DNA from: Bdellovibrionales bacterium
GTDB lineage: Bacteria > Bdellovibrionota > Bdellovibrionia > Bdellovibrionales > CAYMLA01
Assembly: GCA_965217115.1 (NCBI GenBank)
Contig: OZ244239.1
Coordinates: 1,056,001 to 1,120,000 of the forward strand
Length of the DNA stretch: 64,000 nt
Direction of reading: 5' to 3'
The number at the start of each line of letters is the position of its first letter. The stretch's first letter is position 1. The position numbers and the translations under genes were made by a program. The notes below the pieces were generated by a model, which saw only the letters and a list, made by a program, of their open reading frames with translations, was not told the DNA's origin and did not search any database. This document shows positions 10,681 through 20,007 of the stretch, in pieces.

Positions 10681-12114
10681 ATGGGGCAAGAAATTAAGGA
10701 ATATCAATTCACAGAGAAAAACTCTGTGGAGTTCAAGAGACGTCTAAAAGAAGAAACGGCTCTTTTAAAAGAATGGTTTGAGCATGATCAATTTGAAAGC
10801 CCCGAACCTGCATCCATAGGATTAGAAATAGAATCCTGGCTCATAGACAAAGATTGCTCCCCTTTTCCTGGAAACGAGCAGTTTCTAGCCTTAGCCAACA
10901 GCCCCCTTCTGGTTCACGAACTCTCTAAATTTAATTTTGAAATAAACACCCGGCCCATTCAACTCAGTGGGACTTGTTTTAACTCTGTTGAATCACACTT
11001 AAAAGCCTTGTGGAGCAAATGTCTAAAAATAGGTGACCAAATGGGGGTCGCCCCTCTACTTATTGGCACTCTTCCCACGCTTCACAATGAAATGCTCATT
11101 CCTAAGAACATGACAGAATCTGCTCGTTATAAATCCCTTAACAAACAAATTTTTCATATGCGCAAAGGTAAGCCCCTAACTGTCAATATTAACGGAGCTG
11201 AAAACTTCAACATAGTCAAATCTGATATTATGCTAGAGGCAGCATCAACATCAATCCAGATTCATCTAGAAGTTAAGCCCTGTGAATCAAGTCGTTATTA
11301 CAACGCATCACTATTGGCATCAGCAATGACTGTCGCCGTAGCAGCCAATTCCCCCTATCTTTATGGTTATGAACTATGGGATGAGACTCGTATTGCCATT
11401 TTTGAAAAAGCAGTGCAAATTCCTAATTACATAAAAATTTTAAATGAAGACGTTAATCGAGTTACATTTGGAACAGGTTACACACAAGAAAGTGTTCTTG
11501 ACTCTTTCCTTGAAAATCTTGATATCTTTTCTCCTCTGGTTCCCTCTCTATTTGACGGAGATGACCCTCTCTCCCATCTAAAATTTCATAACGGAACAAT
11601 ATGGCGCTGGAATCGCCCTATTGTAGGGAGTTCCCCTGGAAAAGCTCCCCATCTTCGCATTGAACATCGAGTTATGGCATCTGGCCCCAGCATAACCGAT
11701 ATTATAGCTAATATGGTTTTTTATCTTGGTTTAACACATTATTTCGCTTCTCTAGAGACTCCACCCGAGTCACAACTCCCTTTTGAGCACTGTAAAAATA
11801 ATTTTTATACCTGTGCCAAGAACGGATTAAATTCGAATATTCAGTGGTTTCAGCAACAGATAGGGATTCGAGAGCTTTTGACCGATCAGTTGATTCCCCA
11901 AGCAAAACAAACTCTTATTAATAAAGGTGTCGATAAGGACGAAGTAGGCTATTATTTAGACGAGGTTATATCATCTCGTGTACTCAGCGGCCAAAATGGA
12001 GCTAACTGGCAGAAATGTTTTGTCAAAAAATATGGAAAAGATTTTCAAGGACTAACAGATAAATATTTAGAGAATCAAACAAAAGGTGACCCTATTTATA
12101 AATGGAAAATTTAA
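10681..12114 (+). CDS. glutamate--cysteine ligase family 2 (GCS2) carboxylate-amine ligase
   Basis: GLEIE, HELSKFNFEIN, SIQIH, AANSPYL, WDETRI, WRWNRP, RIEHR. Confidence 0.85.
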   Translation: MGQEIKEYQFTEKNSVEFKRRLKEETALLKEWFEHDQFESPEPASIGLEIESWLIDKDCSPFPGNEQFLALANSPLLVHELSKFNFEINTRPIQLSGTCFNSVESHLKALWSKCLKIGDQMGVAPLLIGTLPTLHNEMLIPKNMTESARYKSLNKQIFHMRKGKPLTVNINGAENFNIVKSDIMLEAASTSIQIHLEVKPCESSRYYNASLLASAMTVAVAANSPYLYGYELWDETRIAIFEKAVQIPNYIKILNEDVNRVTFGTGYTQESVLDSFLENLDIFSPLVPSLFDGDDPLSHLKFHNGTIWRWNRPIVGSSPGKAPHLRIEHRVMASGPSITDIIANMVFYLGLTHYFASLETPPESQLPFEHCKNNFYTCAKNGLNSNIQWFQQQIGIRELLTDQLIPQAKQTLINKGVDKDEVGYYLDEVISSRVLSGQNGANWQKCFVKKYGKDFQGLTDKYLENQTKGDPIYKWKI

Positions 12115-13154
12115 AACTAAATATTATTCAACACATCCCAACTAATATAAATGAGTGTTTTTCAGAGAACATACTTGAATATTTTTCAGGCCCAACTCTT
12201 ATTGAACTTGATGTCGGTAAAAAAGACTGGCTATTTATTTCTGTGTTACTCCATGGAAACGAAACCGTTGGCCTTGAAGTTCTAAAAAAAATAAATGACC
12301 TTATGAAAAAAACAGAAATGCCAAAAAATCTTGGTATTTTTATTGGAAATGTCACAGCTTGCCATCAAGAAAAGAGAAGACTTCAAAGTCAACCTGACTT
12401 TAATAGGATATGGAACACATCGCAAATTGATTTAATCCCTCTCTTTGCCAAAGAACTTCTTGAGTGGGCCTCTCAAAGAAAACTTTTTTCAGCTATTGAT
12501 ATTCACAACACCACTGGTAAGAACCCTCTCTACGGATGTATGACCAATATCAGTTCAAAGAATCTCTACTTAGCAAGTTTATTTTCTAAAACGGCTGTTT
12601 ATTTTGAAAACCCAAGGAACGTCCTTATTCGTGCTTTCTCTCAATTCTGTCCATCTCTTGTTATAGAGTGCGGTCTTCCTGGTAAAGCTCTCAGTACTGA
12701 AAAAGCTTTCAATTTTGTACAAGACATAATGTCTCTTGCGAATCTAGAAATTTCAGAAAAGAAGCTTCTTGATTTAAATCTCTATCATACTATTGGTCGC
12801 ATTGTTCTCAAAGAGAACAAAACCTTTGATTTTAACCCTACTCAATCTGATACCTCTTCTTCAACTGATATTTCTTTTTTATCTGATATTGAGAATTATA
12901 ATTTTTTCCCTCTAAAAAAGGGAGTTCACCTTGGACGAATCAATTCCAATCAACTCCCTGTTCAAGTTATTGATGAAGACTTCAAAGACATCACCCATAA
13001 GTTTTTAGAAAATAAGGACGGTCAACTCTGTCTAACCCGAAACACCATACCAGCTATGTTAACTAGAGACAGAAATATTATTCTTTCTGATTGTTTGGGA
13101 TATTTTATGGAGCCACTTAAACTGCCTTTTCATATTAATAATTCCTCCCAATAG
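12102..13154 (+). CDS. M14-type zinc peptidase (succinylglutamate desuccinylase/aspartoacylase family)
   Basis: LLHGNE, DFNRIW, IDIHNT, IECG; overlaps the end of the GCS2 gene. Confidence 0.85.
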   Translation: MENLKLNIIQHIPTNINECFSENILEYFSGPTLIELDVGKKDWLFISVLLHGNETVGLEVLKKINDLMKKTEMPKNLGIFIGNVTACHQEKRRLQSQPDFNRIWNTSQIDLIPLFAKELLEWASQRKLFSAIDIHNTTGKNPLYGCMTNISSKNLYLASLFSKTAVYFENPRNVLIRAFSQFCPSLVIECGLPGKALSTEKAFNFVQDIMSLANLEISEKKLLDLNLYHTIGRIVLKENKTFDFNPTQSDTSSSTDISFLSDIENYNFFPLKKGVHLGRINSNQLPVQVIDEDFKDITHKFLENKDGQLCLTRNTIPAMLTRDRNIILSDCLGYFMEPLKLPFHINNSSQ

Positions 13155-13235
13155 CTTATTAATCATTGTAATAATCTTAGATTTTGCAGGTTTTGATTAA
13201 ACAATCATCTTTTTTTTGCTAGAACTCTATATATA

Positions 13236-14831
13236 ATGATAAAAGATGACTCTGTTAATATAAAGAATTTACAGCTTTTTCATAAACCAACTGGTATCAG
13301 CACCCATAGCCCCAGTACCAAAGTTATCTCACCTAATGACAGAGTTATTGGCTTTATCGATTTATTCTCCCAGCCTCTGTATATCTGTCAAAGACTGGAC
13401 AAGGAGACATCTGGAGCTATCCTTCTTGCTAAAACTTCTGAAGCCGCGAGGTTTTTCACAGAAAAGCTCATCTCTCAACAGGTCAAAAAGGAGTACTATT
13501 TCATCACAAATAAGCCACAGTCTAAAAAAGAATTCCATATTAAGGGCTATATTCAGAAAAAAAACAACTCCTATCATCTACTCTCAAGCGGTCGTGACTC
13601 TGAGTTTTCTGAAACTCGTTTCTTTCATATTAAGACATCTGGTTCTTTCCATTTATGGCGTGCCATTCCCGTAACGGGCAAAACCCACCAAATACGAATT
13701 CACGCACAATCATCTGGGATTTCCATATTAGGTGACTCTCTGTATGGTGGAGCTCCCCATTGTCGCCTGTTTCTTCACTGTTATAAGTTAACATACGATG
13801 GGCAGGAGTTCCTGTCACCCATCCCCCATCTTATGGAAGAAATGAACCTACTTAATAACAAAAATCTCTCGACGATGATTTGTTCTGTTGAGCGCAGAAA
13901 AAATCTATATCCGCAAATATTCCATGACCCCATGGAGTGCCTTAGACTCATTCATAGCGAGCACCCTGTTCTTCGCTGTGATAAATTTGGCTCCACACTG
14001 TGGTTCTACTGGTATGGTGATAATCCACCTACACAAGAAGATCTCAGTGATTGTCAGTACATATCTAGTTTCTGTAGGAAAGAATCTTGGTTTCTCAGAG
14101 TGATGGCCAACAGGGGCACCCACCCTAACACATCTTCTCTGTGGCACAACGGCTCTCCATTAAATGAAACGAATCCTCCCCAAAACATCAAATCGTGGGT
14201 TGCACAAGAAAACGGACTCTCCTATGGGTTTCGTTCTCAATCAGGACTTTCTCCTGGACTCTTCCTTGATCAAAGAGCTAATAGAAAGTGGATTAAAGAA
14301 AACAGCTCCGATAAAAAGGTTCTCAATCTTTTTGCCTACACATCAGGCTTTAGTCTTGCCGCAGCCAAAGGCGGCGCAAAAGAGATCGTGACCATCGATC
14401 TTAATAAAAACTTTATTCAATGGAGTGAAGAGAACTTCTCTCTCAACGGTTTTTCTAATAAAGAGTCTTTTCAATTTTGGTCAAGTGATTGTGTGCAGTT
14501 CTTAAGAGGGTGTGAAAAACGTCAAAGAAAATTTGATCTTATTATTTGTGACCCCCCGACCTTTTCTCGTAATGGAAATAAGGTGTTCCGACTTGAAAAA
14601 GATTATAGAGACCTCTTAAGGCTAATTATTAGCTGTTTAAACCCCCATGGAAGAATATTATTCTGCACTAACTATGAAAAATGGTCCTCAGAAGAGCTTG
14701 CTACAAAAACACTCAACACAGATAATAGGCTAAAACAACTCCCCCCACCTTTATCTGGCCTAGATTATGAAATGCCTGGAATAAGGCCTATTCTCAAGTC
14801 TGTTCTTCTACAGCTTTTAGACTCTTTATGA
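13236..14831 (+). CDS. fusion of an RluA-family pseudouridine synthase and an RlmI/RlmK-like SAM methyltransferase
   Basis: N-term HKPTG, QRLDKETSG, TGKTHQIRIH, ILGDSLYG; C-term GLFLDQR, VLNLFAYTSGF, DLIICDPPTF. Confidence 0.85.
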   Translation: MIKDDSVNIKNLQLFHKPTGISTHSPSTKVISPNDRVIGFIDLFSQPLYICQRLDKETSGAILLAKTSEAARFFTEKLISQQVKKEYYFITNKPQSKKEFHIKGYIQKKNNSYHLLSSGRDSEFSETRFFHIKTSGSFHLWRAIPVTGKTHQIRIHAQSSGISILGDSLYGGAPHCRLFLHCYKLTYDGQEFLSPIPHLMEEMNLLNNKNLSTMICSVERRKNLYPQIFHDPMECLRLIHSEHPVLRCDKFGSTLWFYWYGDNPPTQEDLSDCQYISSFCRKESWFLRVMANRGTHPNTSSLWHNGSPLNETNPPQNIKSWVAQENGLSYGFRSQSGLSPGLFLDQRANRKWIKENSSDKKVLNLFAYTSGFSLAAAKGGAKEIVTIDLNKNFIQWSEENFSLNGFSNKESFQFWSSDCVQFLRGCEKRQRKFDLIICDPPTFSRNGNKVFRLEKDYRDLLRLIISCLNPHGRILFCTNYEKWSSEELATKTLNTDNRLKQLPPPLSGLDYEMPGIRPILKSVLLQLLDSL

Positions 14832-14869
14832 CAAACAATAGTGGAGCAAGTTTTTTTCTGATGAACCGT

Positions 14870-15021
14870 TTTTTTTCTAGAGTATCTCCCAAAAGACTCT
14901 AGCCCTTTTCTTGCTCAAACATCCGTTTGTCACCTCCCATTGCAGAGAAATGCAATGGAAGTCGCCAAGCCAAACTCGCCGAAAAGAACTAGAGTCTTTT
15001 GGGAGATACTCTAGAAAAAAA
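14870..15021. repeat. 152-bp palindromic element with perfect 33-bp inverted arms (REPIN/MITE-like)
   Basis: 14870-14902 TTTTTTTCTAGAGTATCTCCCAAAAGACTCTAG is the exact reverse complement of 14989-15021. Confidence 0.85.
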
Positions 15022-15274
15022 TGCTGTATTCAATCAATGAGTCCATGGATCTTTGTGTAATATCAAAGGAGGTTGTACAAAAGACTGGACTGAGCTCCGT
15101 TAACTAGACAGATTTCCTCTATTTCTATGACTGACCTCCATGTATAACAACGCTGTTATCCATGGATAGTTTTAGAAAGAGAGACCTCAAGATGAGCCTC
15201 TTGGGAACAGTTCCACTATTTATCACAAAGAACCAGCTCTTATGAGCTTTTTAATGGAACCATCGCTGGCCCAT

Positions 15275-15309
15275 AAAAAAAAAGCTACAATCATTAGATT
15301 GTAGCTTTT
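15275..15309 (-). terminator. intrinsic terminator of the 154-aa gene
   Basis: 13-bp stem AAAAGCTACAATC/GATTGTAGCTTTT, 4-nt loop, followed by a U-run on the minus strand. Confidence 0.85.
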
Positions 15310-15337
15310 AATTTTGATAAATTATTCTAAAAAATTC

Positions 15338-15802
15338 TTAATTATTTTCTAGAACTGATTCACAACTACTACTATCTAGATACGTTGCCGCAAGCAGAGA
15401 TACGACAAAAACACCCCAACCAGATGTAACAGAAACACCTAGTTTCCACCAGCCAGCAGCATTCGTAAGTCCAGCAAGTCCAATAGCTTTCGTCGCAAAA
15501 GTAGAACACTGTGCATTGGCAGCCTCCAAGCTTAAACCATCTTCTGTTACATCGTTTGTGTAATCATTGAATTCTGCACTGTCCATCTGGCTAACGGCAC
15601 GAGCTTCTTCATTCATTAATTTAGATTTCTCGCTGTCGTCACTCTCTAGAAAAAAAGCACCTAACTTTGTAAACATCTCAACAACTTGACTTTGAGTTTT
15701 CTCAGCCTTTACCTGCATATAGTCACCATCATGAACATCGTCATAAGCCGACTGTGCCTGAAAACCTAAAAACAAAATCCCTACTAATACTAACTTCTTC
15801 AT
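15338..15802 (-). CDS. secreted hypothetical protein with an acidic N-region and a hydrophobic Cys-bounded C-terminus
   Basis: Signal peptide MKKLVLVGILFLGFQAQS; RBS AAAGGAG; own promoter and terminator. Confidence 0.8.
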   Translation of the reverse strand: MKKLVLVGILFLGFQAQSAYDDVHDGDYMQVKAEKTQSQVVEMFTKLGAFFLESDDSEKSKLMNEEARAVSQMDSAEFNDYTNDVTEDGLSLEAANAQCSTFATKAIGLAGLTNAAGWWKLGVSVTSGWGVFVVSLLAATYLDSSSCESVLENN

Positions 15803-15865
15803 GCTTAATCTCCTTTATTGTTATGTTATAGAATCATATCTCCATAACTTATTTCACAAAGCACT

Positions 15866-15894
15866 ATTTTATTCTGGAGCTAAAAAAAACGCAA
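15866..15894 (-). promoter_or_regulatory. sigma70-type promoter
   Basis: TTGCGT-N17-TAAAAT on the minus strand upstream of 15802. Confidence 0.65.
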
Positions 15895-15985
15895 TAGATG
15901 TTTTTCTTTTGGAAAAAATTACACATCGAACGAATTGAGTCAGTGTGGGAGCCACTGAGCTTCTTCTTAAATGCTCCCGTCTTCT

Positions 15986-16029
15986 TCTGTATCTCTTCTC
16001 TGTATCTCTTCTCTGTATCTCTTCTCTGT
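15986..16029. repeat. 13-bp tandem repeat (TCTGTATCTCTTC) x3.4
   Basis: Three perfect copies at 15986, 15999 and 16012, plus a partial TCTGT. Confidence 0.9.
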
Positions 16030-16101
16030 GTTTAAGCTTTAGACAGTTAACAAGATACTTACAATTATCTTCTACGCCCTCCCCCTAGGTCCCTTTTCAC
16101 G

Positions 16102-16117
16102 CGGCACAAATCCTGCT
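16102..16117 (+). promoter_or_regulatory. sigma54-type -24/-12 promoter
   Basis: CGGCACAAATCCTGCT = GG-N10-GC, about 28 bp before the ATG at 16145. Confidence 0.65.
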
Positions 16118-16144
16118 TTCTATACAGTTGATAGGGGAAAATTT

Positions 16145-17257
16145 ATGACAAGATCAAAACTACTTCTTAGATTCACTCTAGCCAGCGCTCTTGGACTTGC
16201 TCTTGTTTGTTTCAAATTGATACAGCCCTCTTCAAATCATATTGAGACGAATATCATTGCTGCCCATAATATCTCTATGGAAAACAACACCAGTTTCTCC
16301 TACTCTATGCCACGCATTCAGAATAGAACAGTTTCAAAAAATTTCGCAAAAAAAACCTCTAAATCTATTAAACACTATCTAAACAGACAATCTAAAAAGA
16401 AAACGACCCTCAATAAGGTCTTTACAAAAAAATGGACGAAAAAAGATTTTCTTGAAAAAAAGAAGAAGACAGCAAAGAAAGATGCTAAAAAGAAAAAAAC
16501 TAAAAAAACTGACAAAAAGAAATTAACTGCAGAATCAAGTAAACAAAACACTGACCCTCAAGCCGAGAGAGAAAAAGAGTTTGATGCCGTGGATAAGGGA
16601 AGTTACGTTTCTTCTGATAATGATCAGCCTCAACAAGGCACTGCAGCCCTTCCAACTGATGACAGTGGTGAATCTGAGGATGCCATTTCTTTTGACGAGT
16701 GGAAAACTCTTCTTTTAAGCAACCCCAATCGTAAGAACACGGCTCTTTTTATTGACTCTTATTCTTCTCAACAAATTTCTGATGAGGATTTCTATCAATT
16801 AATTATTATTATGATAGAGAGCTCTGAGCCTTCTGTGCGTCAACAAGGTATCATCTCCCTTAACGCAATAACAAGCGCTCGAAGTTTTGAGCTTATGGCT
16901 CATTATTACGAACTTGAGCCCACTGATAGCACCCTACGCAATGACATGAGAACCTACTTAGATCAATACGCTTCTATTTCTCGGCTTTCAATCTTAAAAC
17001 AAACCCTGCAAAGCAATACTGACGCAGTTATTGTTGAAACTGTGCAGCTTTTAAGAAAAATTGCCCTCTATCATCAAACAACCTCTGGCGGTGACGATAT
17101 TGTCTCTATGAATAACGAGCGGCTTTTATTAGAATTTTCTTCTTCGTTCATTCCTCTTTTAGAAAACCTTCAACACGGTAACAACAATGTCACTCAAGCC
17201 ATTGAGATCACTCTCACAACTCTTAACAATTTTGTTTCTGATGAACAAGCATCGTAA
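16145..17257 (+). CDS. membrane-anchored/exported hypothetical protein with a Lys-rich linker and a helical (HEAT-like) C-terminal domain
   Basis: N-terminal hydrophobic helix; KKKKTAKKDAKKKKTKKTDKKK; EPSVRQQGIISL helical-repeat pattern. Confidence 0.7.
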   Translation: MTRSKLLLRFTLASALGLALVCFKLIQPSSNHIETNIIAAHNISMENNTSFSYSMPRIQNRTVSKNFAKKTSKSIKHYLNRQSKKKTTLNKVFTKKWTKKDFLEKKKKTAKKDAKKKKTKKTDKKKLTAESSKQNTDPQAEREKEFDAVDKGSYVSSDNDQPQQGTAALPTDDSGESEDAISFDEWKTLLLSNPNRKNTALFIDSYSSQQISDEDFYQLIIIMIESSEPSVRQQGIISLNAITSARSFELMAHYYELEPTDSTLRNDMRTYLDQYASISRLSILKQTLQSNTDAVIVETVQLLRKIALYHQTTSGGDDIVSMNNERLLLEFSSSFIPLLENLQHGNNNVTQAIEITLTTLNNFVSDEQAS

Positions 17258-17266
17258 AGGGGAGTC

Positions 17267-19492
17267 TTAAGTAAATATCTCTTTGAAATTGGTGCCCTTC
17301 TCGCCCATCATCGTAAATACAGATAACGGCTCTTGATTAGAACCCTCGGTTACACTCGAAAGATAAGCCATGTAATTTTCTGAAGTTTCCTCTTTCATGG
17401 GAAAGCGAAGACCTATGAATAATATATCTGTTTCTTTCTTCGGGTCTTTTTCATTGATTCTTTCTATGTGAGCGACGCTCTGTCTCTCCGCCTCTTTAGA
17501 AAAAACATGTACCTCTGCTTTAATTCGGCTCGATTGTAAAAAATGACTTAATTTAGAATAGGCCGTCGAGCGTTCCTGCTCCGTATCTACAATATACTTA
17601 ACGGACAAAACAGAACGCATATAAGCTGGACTTGCTTGTAACATATAAGCCAACGCTAGCATTAAAAATGAATTCTCTAAGTCTTCATTCCACCAGATAT
17701 CAATTCTTTTTAACAAACGCCTTCGACGGCCACTCAAACCCTCTTTTTTAACCCCCTCTCTAAAAAACAAAATATTTTTACCCAATTCATGGACCTCTTG
17801 AATCATTTGAAAAACGCTCTCTTTTCCCTTTGAGTAAACCTCATCTAAATCAAAAATAACCGTATTAGGGCTTAATACGCCCAGTCCATAATCAGAAATT
17901 AAACCCTGGGCCCCTGTTAAGAATTCTTCACTCTCCTTCATCTTTACCAAAGCCAACACTCGACGCTGATTAATAAAATTTTTCACTGAACTTTCAAGAG
18001 CTCTAATGCTATTTACTTTGCTCCTGTTTTTATCAGCAATAACTGCCAGACAAAGAAAACTCTTTCCTCTACAGAAATTATCGCTCAACTCAGTTAAAAA
18101 CCATTTTTCTAGAGGTGAACTTGTTATCACTAAGACATTTGGTCGCCATGAGCGTGCGTCTTTTTCATATTCTTCCAGACTATAGACAGATGAACGCGCC
18201 ATGTATGACATTAAGCCTCGACGCATATCTGACCAATTAGAGTTTAAGCTTCTTTTTTTCATCATCACATAAACTGCCGTAATAAAAAACAATGCCATAA
18301 AAGCTGATCCTGAATTGATCATGAACATTATTCCAAAACAGGCAAAAGCACCCAATAATGATAGAGCCCATGGAGTTTTAAATGTGGGTCTCCATGATGG
18401 ATTTGACAACATTCCCTCAAGTCCAGCAATAAGGTTTAAGGCTCCATAGGATGTTAAAAAAAACATGGATAATATCGGTGCAATAGCATCCAATCCACCA
18501 ATCAACATTCCTCCTGCTGCAATTAAAAATGTAATCACCGTCGCAACACGGGGATTATTCGTGGGGCCGTATCCTTTTCCCATAGCACTCGGCAAAATTT
18601 TATCCTGAGCCATTGCCTGTAAAGTTCTTGGTGCCCCTAAAACAGAACCCAAAGCACTCGACAAAGTCGCAAACCAGATTCCTAAATAAATAATTGGTGG
18701 AAAGACAGCGATCGCAAAAATCACCTTAGGATCTGATTTTAGCAAACCCACTGTAGCATACTTGTAAAATAAAATAGCAAAAGTTACATACACCACATAA
18801 CCTGTCAAAATAGCTGCAATCGTCCCCCTCGGCAGTGATTTATGGGGCGATTTCAAATCTCCCGACATAGACACTCCCGCTCCGATCCCTGTCACTGCTG
18901 GAAAAAAGACAGCAAATATTTTCCAAAAAGGCTCCGAAGAAGGAACTGAACTCACTACTTTTTGACCCTCCGAAATAGGAGCCCCTAAAATAAAAGCAAG
19001 AATAGAACCTATAATAATAACAAAGATAAATACCTGAGTCTTTATAGCTAAGCTGGGGGAGTAATAAGCCAATGCAGAAACACCCACCAAGGCGGCTAAA
19101 CTCAATGGCAACTCTGGCACCCATGGCAGAATTTGCACAATAGATTCCGAAAAGCCCGAAATATAAAACGAAATTCCCAACGCCTGAGCCAAGTACAGAG
19201 GAAGACCGATGGCTGTTCCCGCCTCGATTCCAAAGGAACGAGAGATCATAAAGTAAATACCACCCGCTTTGACTTCCATATTTGTCGCCGTTGAGGAAAT
19301 AGACAATCCAGTAATGAACGTAATCGCTGAAGCCATGGTTATAATCACTAGCGATCCAAAAAGGCCCGCATAACCAACAACCCACCCCATTCTCATATAA
19401 AGAATGACACCGAGAATAGTTAAAATACTTGGAATATACACGCCTTTAAACGTTCCAAGCTCAAGACCCTTTTTCATTTCATCTACTGCCAT
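17267..19492 (-). CDS. cation-chloride cotransporter (SLC12/CCC-like) APC-superfamily permease
   Basis: LGTFKGVYIPSILTILGVILYMR, GGIYFMISRSFG, FAVFFPAVTG, MSGDLK, SWRPTFK, RSWRPNVLV, cytoplasmic C-terminal domain. Confidence 0.85.
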   Translation of the reverse strand: MAVDEMKKGLELGTFKGVYIPSILTILGVILYMRMGWVVGYAGLFGSLVIITMASAITFITGLSISSTATNMEVKAGGIYFMISRSFGIEAGTAIGLPLYLAQALGISFYISGFSESIVQILPWVPELPLSLAALVGVSALAYYSPSLAIKTQVFIFVIIIGSILAFILGAPISEGQKVVSSVPSSEPFWKIFAVFFPAVTGIGAGVSMSGDLKSPHKSLPRGTIAAILTGYVVYVTFAILFYKYATVGLLKSDPKVIFAIAVFPPIIYLGIWFATLSSALGSVLGAPRTLQAMAQDKILPSAMGKGYGPTNNPRVATVITFLIAAGGMLIGGLDAIAPILSMFFLTSYGALNLIAGLEGMLSNPSWRPTFKTPWALSLLGAFACFGIMFMINSGSAFMALFFITAVYVMMKKRSLNSNWSDMRRGLMSYMARSSVYSLEEYEKDARSWRPNVLVITSSPLEKWFLTELSDNFCRGKSFLCLAVIADKNRSKVNSIRALESSVKNFINQRRVLALVKMKESEEFLTGAQGLISDYGLGVLSPNTVIFDLDEVYSKGKESVFQMIQEVHELGKNILFFREGVKKEGLSGRRRRLLKRIDIWWNEDLENSFLMLALAYMLQASPAYMRSVLSVKYIVDTEQERSTAYSKLSHFLQSSRIKAEVHVFSKEAERQSVAHIERINEKDPKKETDILFIGLRFPMKEETSENYMAYLSSVTEGSNQEPLSVFTMMGEKGTNFKEIFT

Positions 19493-19536
19493 AACTCTGG
19501 TGTCTCCACAAAATAATAATCTTTTAGATATGAACC

Positions 19537-20004
19537 TTACGATAAAATACGGTCAATAATCGAAGTCGTTGAACGACTCTCTACAAATGAGAGAGACTTA
19601 ACCTCTCCCCCATAGGACTCTACAAAATCCCAACCTATGATTTTTGGAATTGGCCAATCTCCTCCCTTCACCAAAACATTTGGCCTCACCAGACGAATCA
19701 GTTCTAACGGGGTTTCTTCAGAGAAGATAGAAACGAAGTCCACTGCTTCTAAGGCCAATATAATTTCAGCCCGATCCTCTTCTCTTTGCACTGGACGACT
19801 CTCTCCCTTTAAACCACGAATACTTGAATCTGAGTTTAAACCTAAAAAAAGTAAATCACCCTGTGCCTTAGCTTCTTTTAAATAACGTATATGGCCTACA
19901 TGAAGAAGATCAAAACAACCGTTCGTAAACACTATTTTTTTGTCCCGAAATGGTTCCAACACAGATGCTATTTTATCTTTAGAAATTATTTTTAACTCAG
20001 GCAA
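19537..20004 (-). CDS. rfaE2: D-glycero-beta-D-manno-heptose 1-phosphate adenylyltransferase
   Basis: FTNGCFDLLHVGH, GLNSDSS, LVKGGDW, STTSII. Confidence 0.92.
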   Translation of the reverse strand: MPELKIISKDKIASVLEPFRDKKIVFTNGCFDLLHVGHIRYLKEAKAQGDLLFLGLNSDSSIRGLKGESRPVQREEDRAEIILALEAVDFVSIFSEETPLELIRLVRPNVLVKGGDWPIPKIIGWDFVESYGGEVKSLSFVESRSTTSIIDRILS

Positions 20005-20007
20005 AAT

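Noticed and set aside
14870..15021. Retron msr-msd interpretation of the long inverted repeat
   Set aside because: No reverse transcriptase gene anywhere in the window.
15022..15274. Possible pseudogene remnant
   Set aside because: Only short interrupted frames, with no recognisable protein similarity.
15986..16029. Short repeats as a possible CRISPR array
   Set aside because: Head-to-tail 13-bp units with no spacers and no cas genes.
18840..19385. 181-aa alternative-frame ORF inside the CCC transporter, and similar nested ORFs in the track
   Set aside because: Shadow frames of well-supported genes, lacking motifs or start signals.
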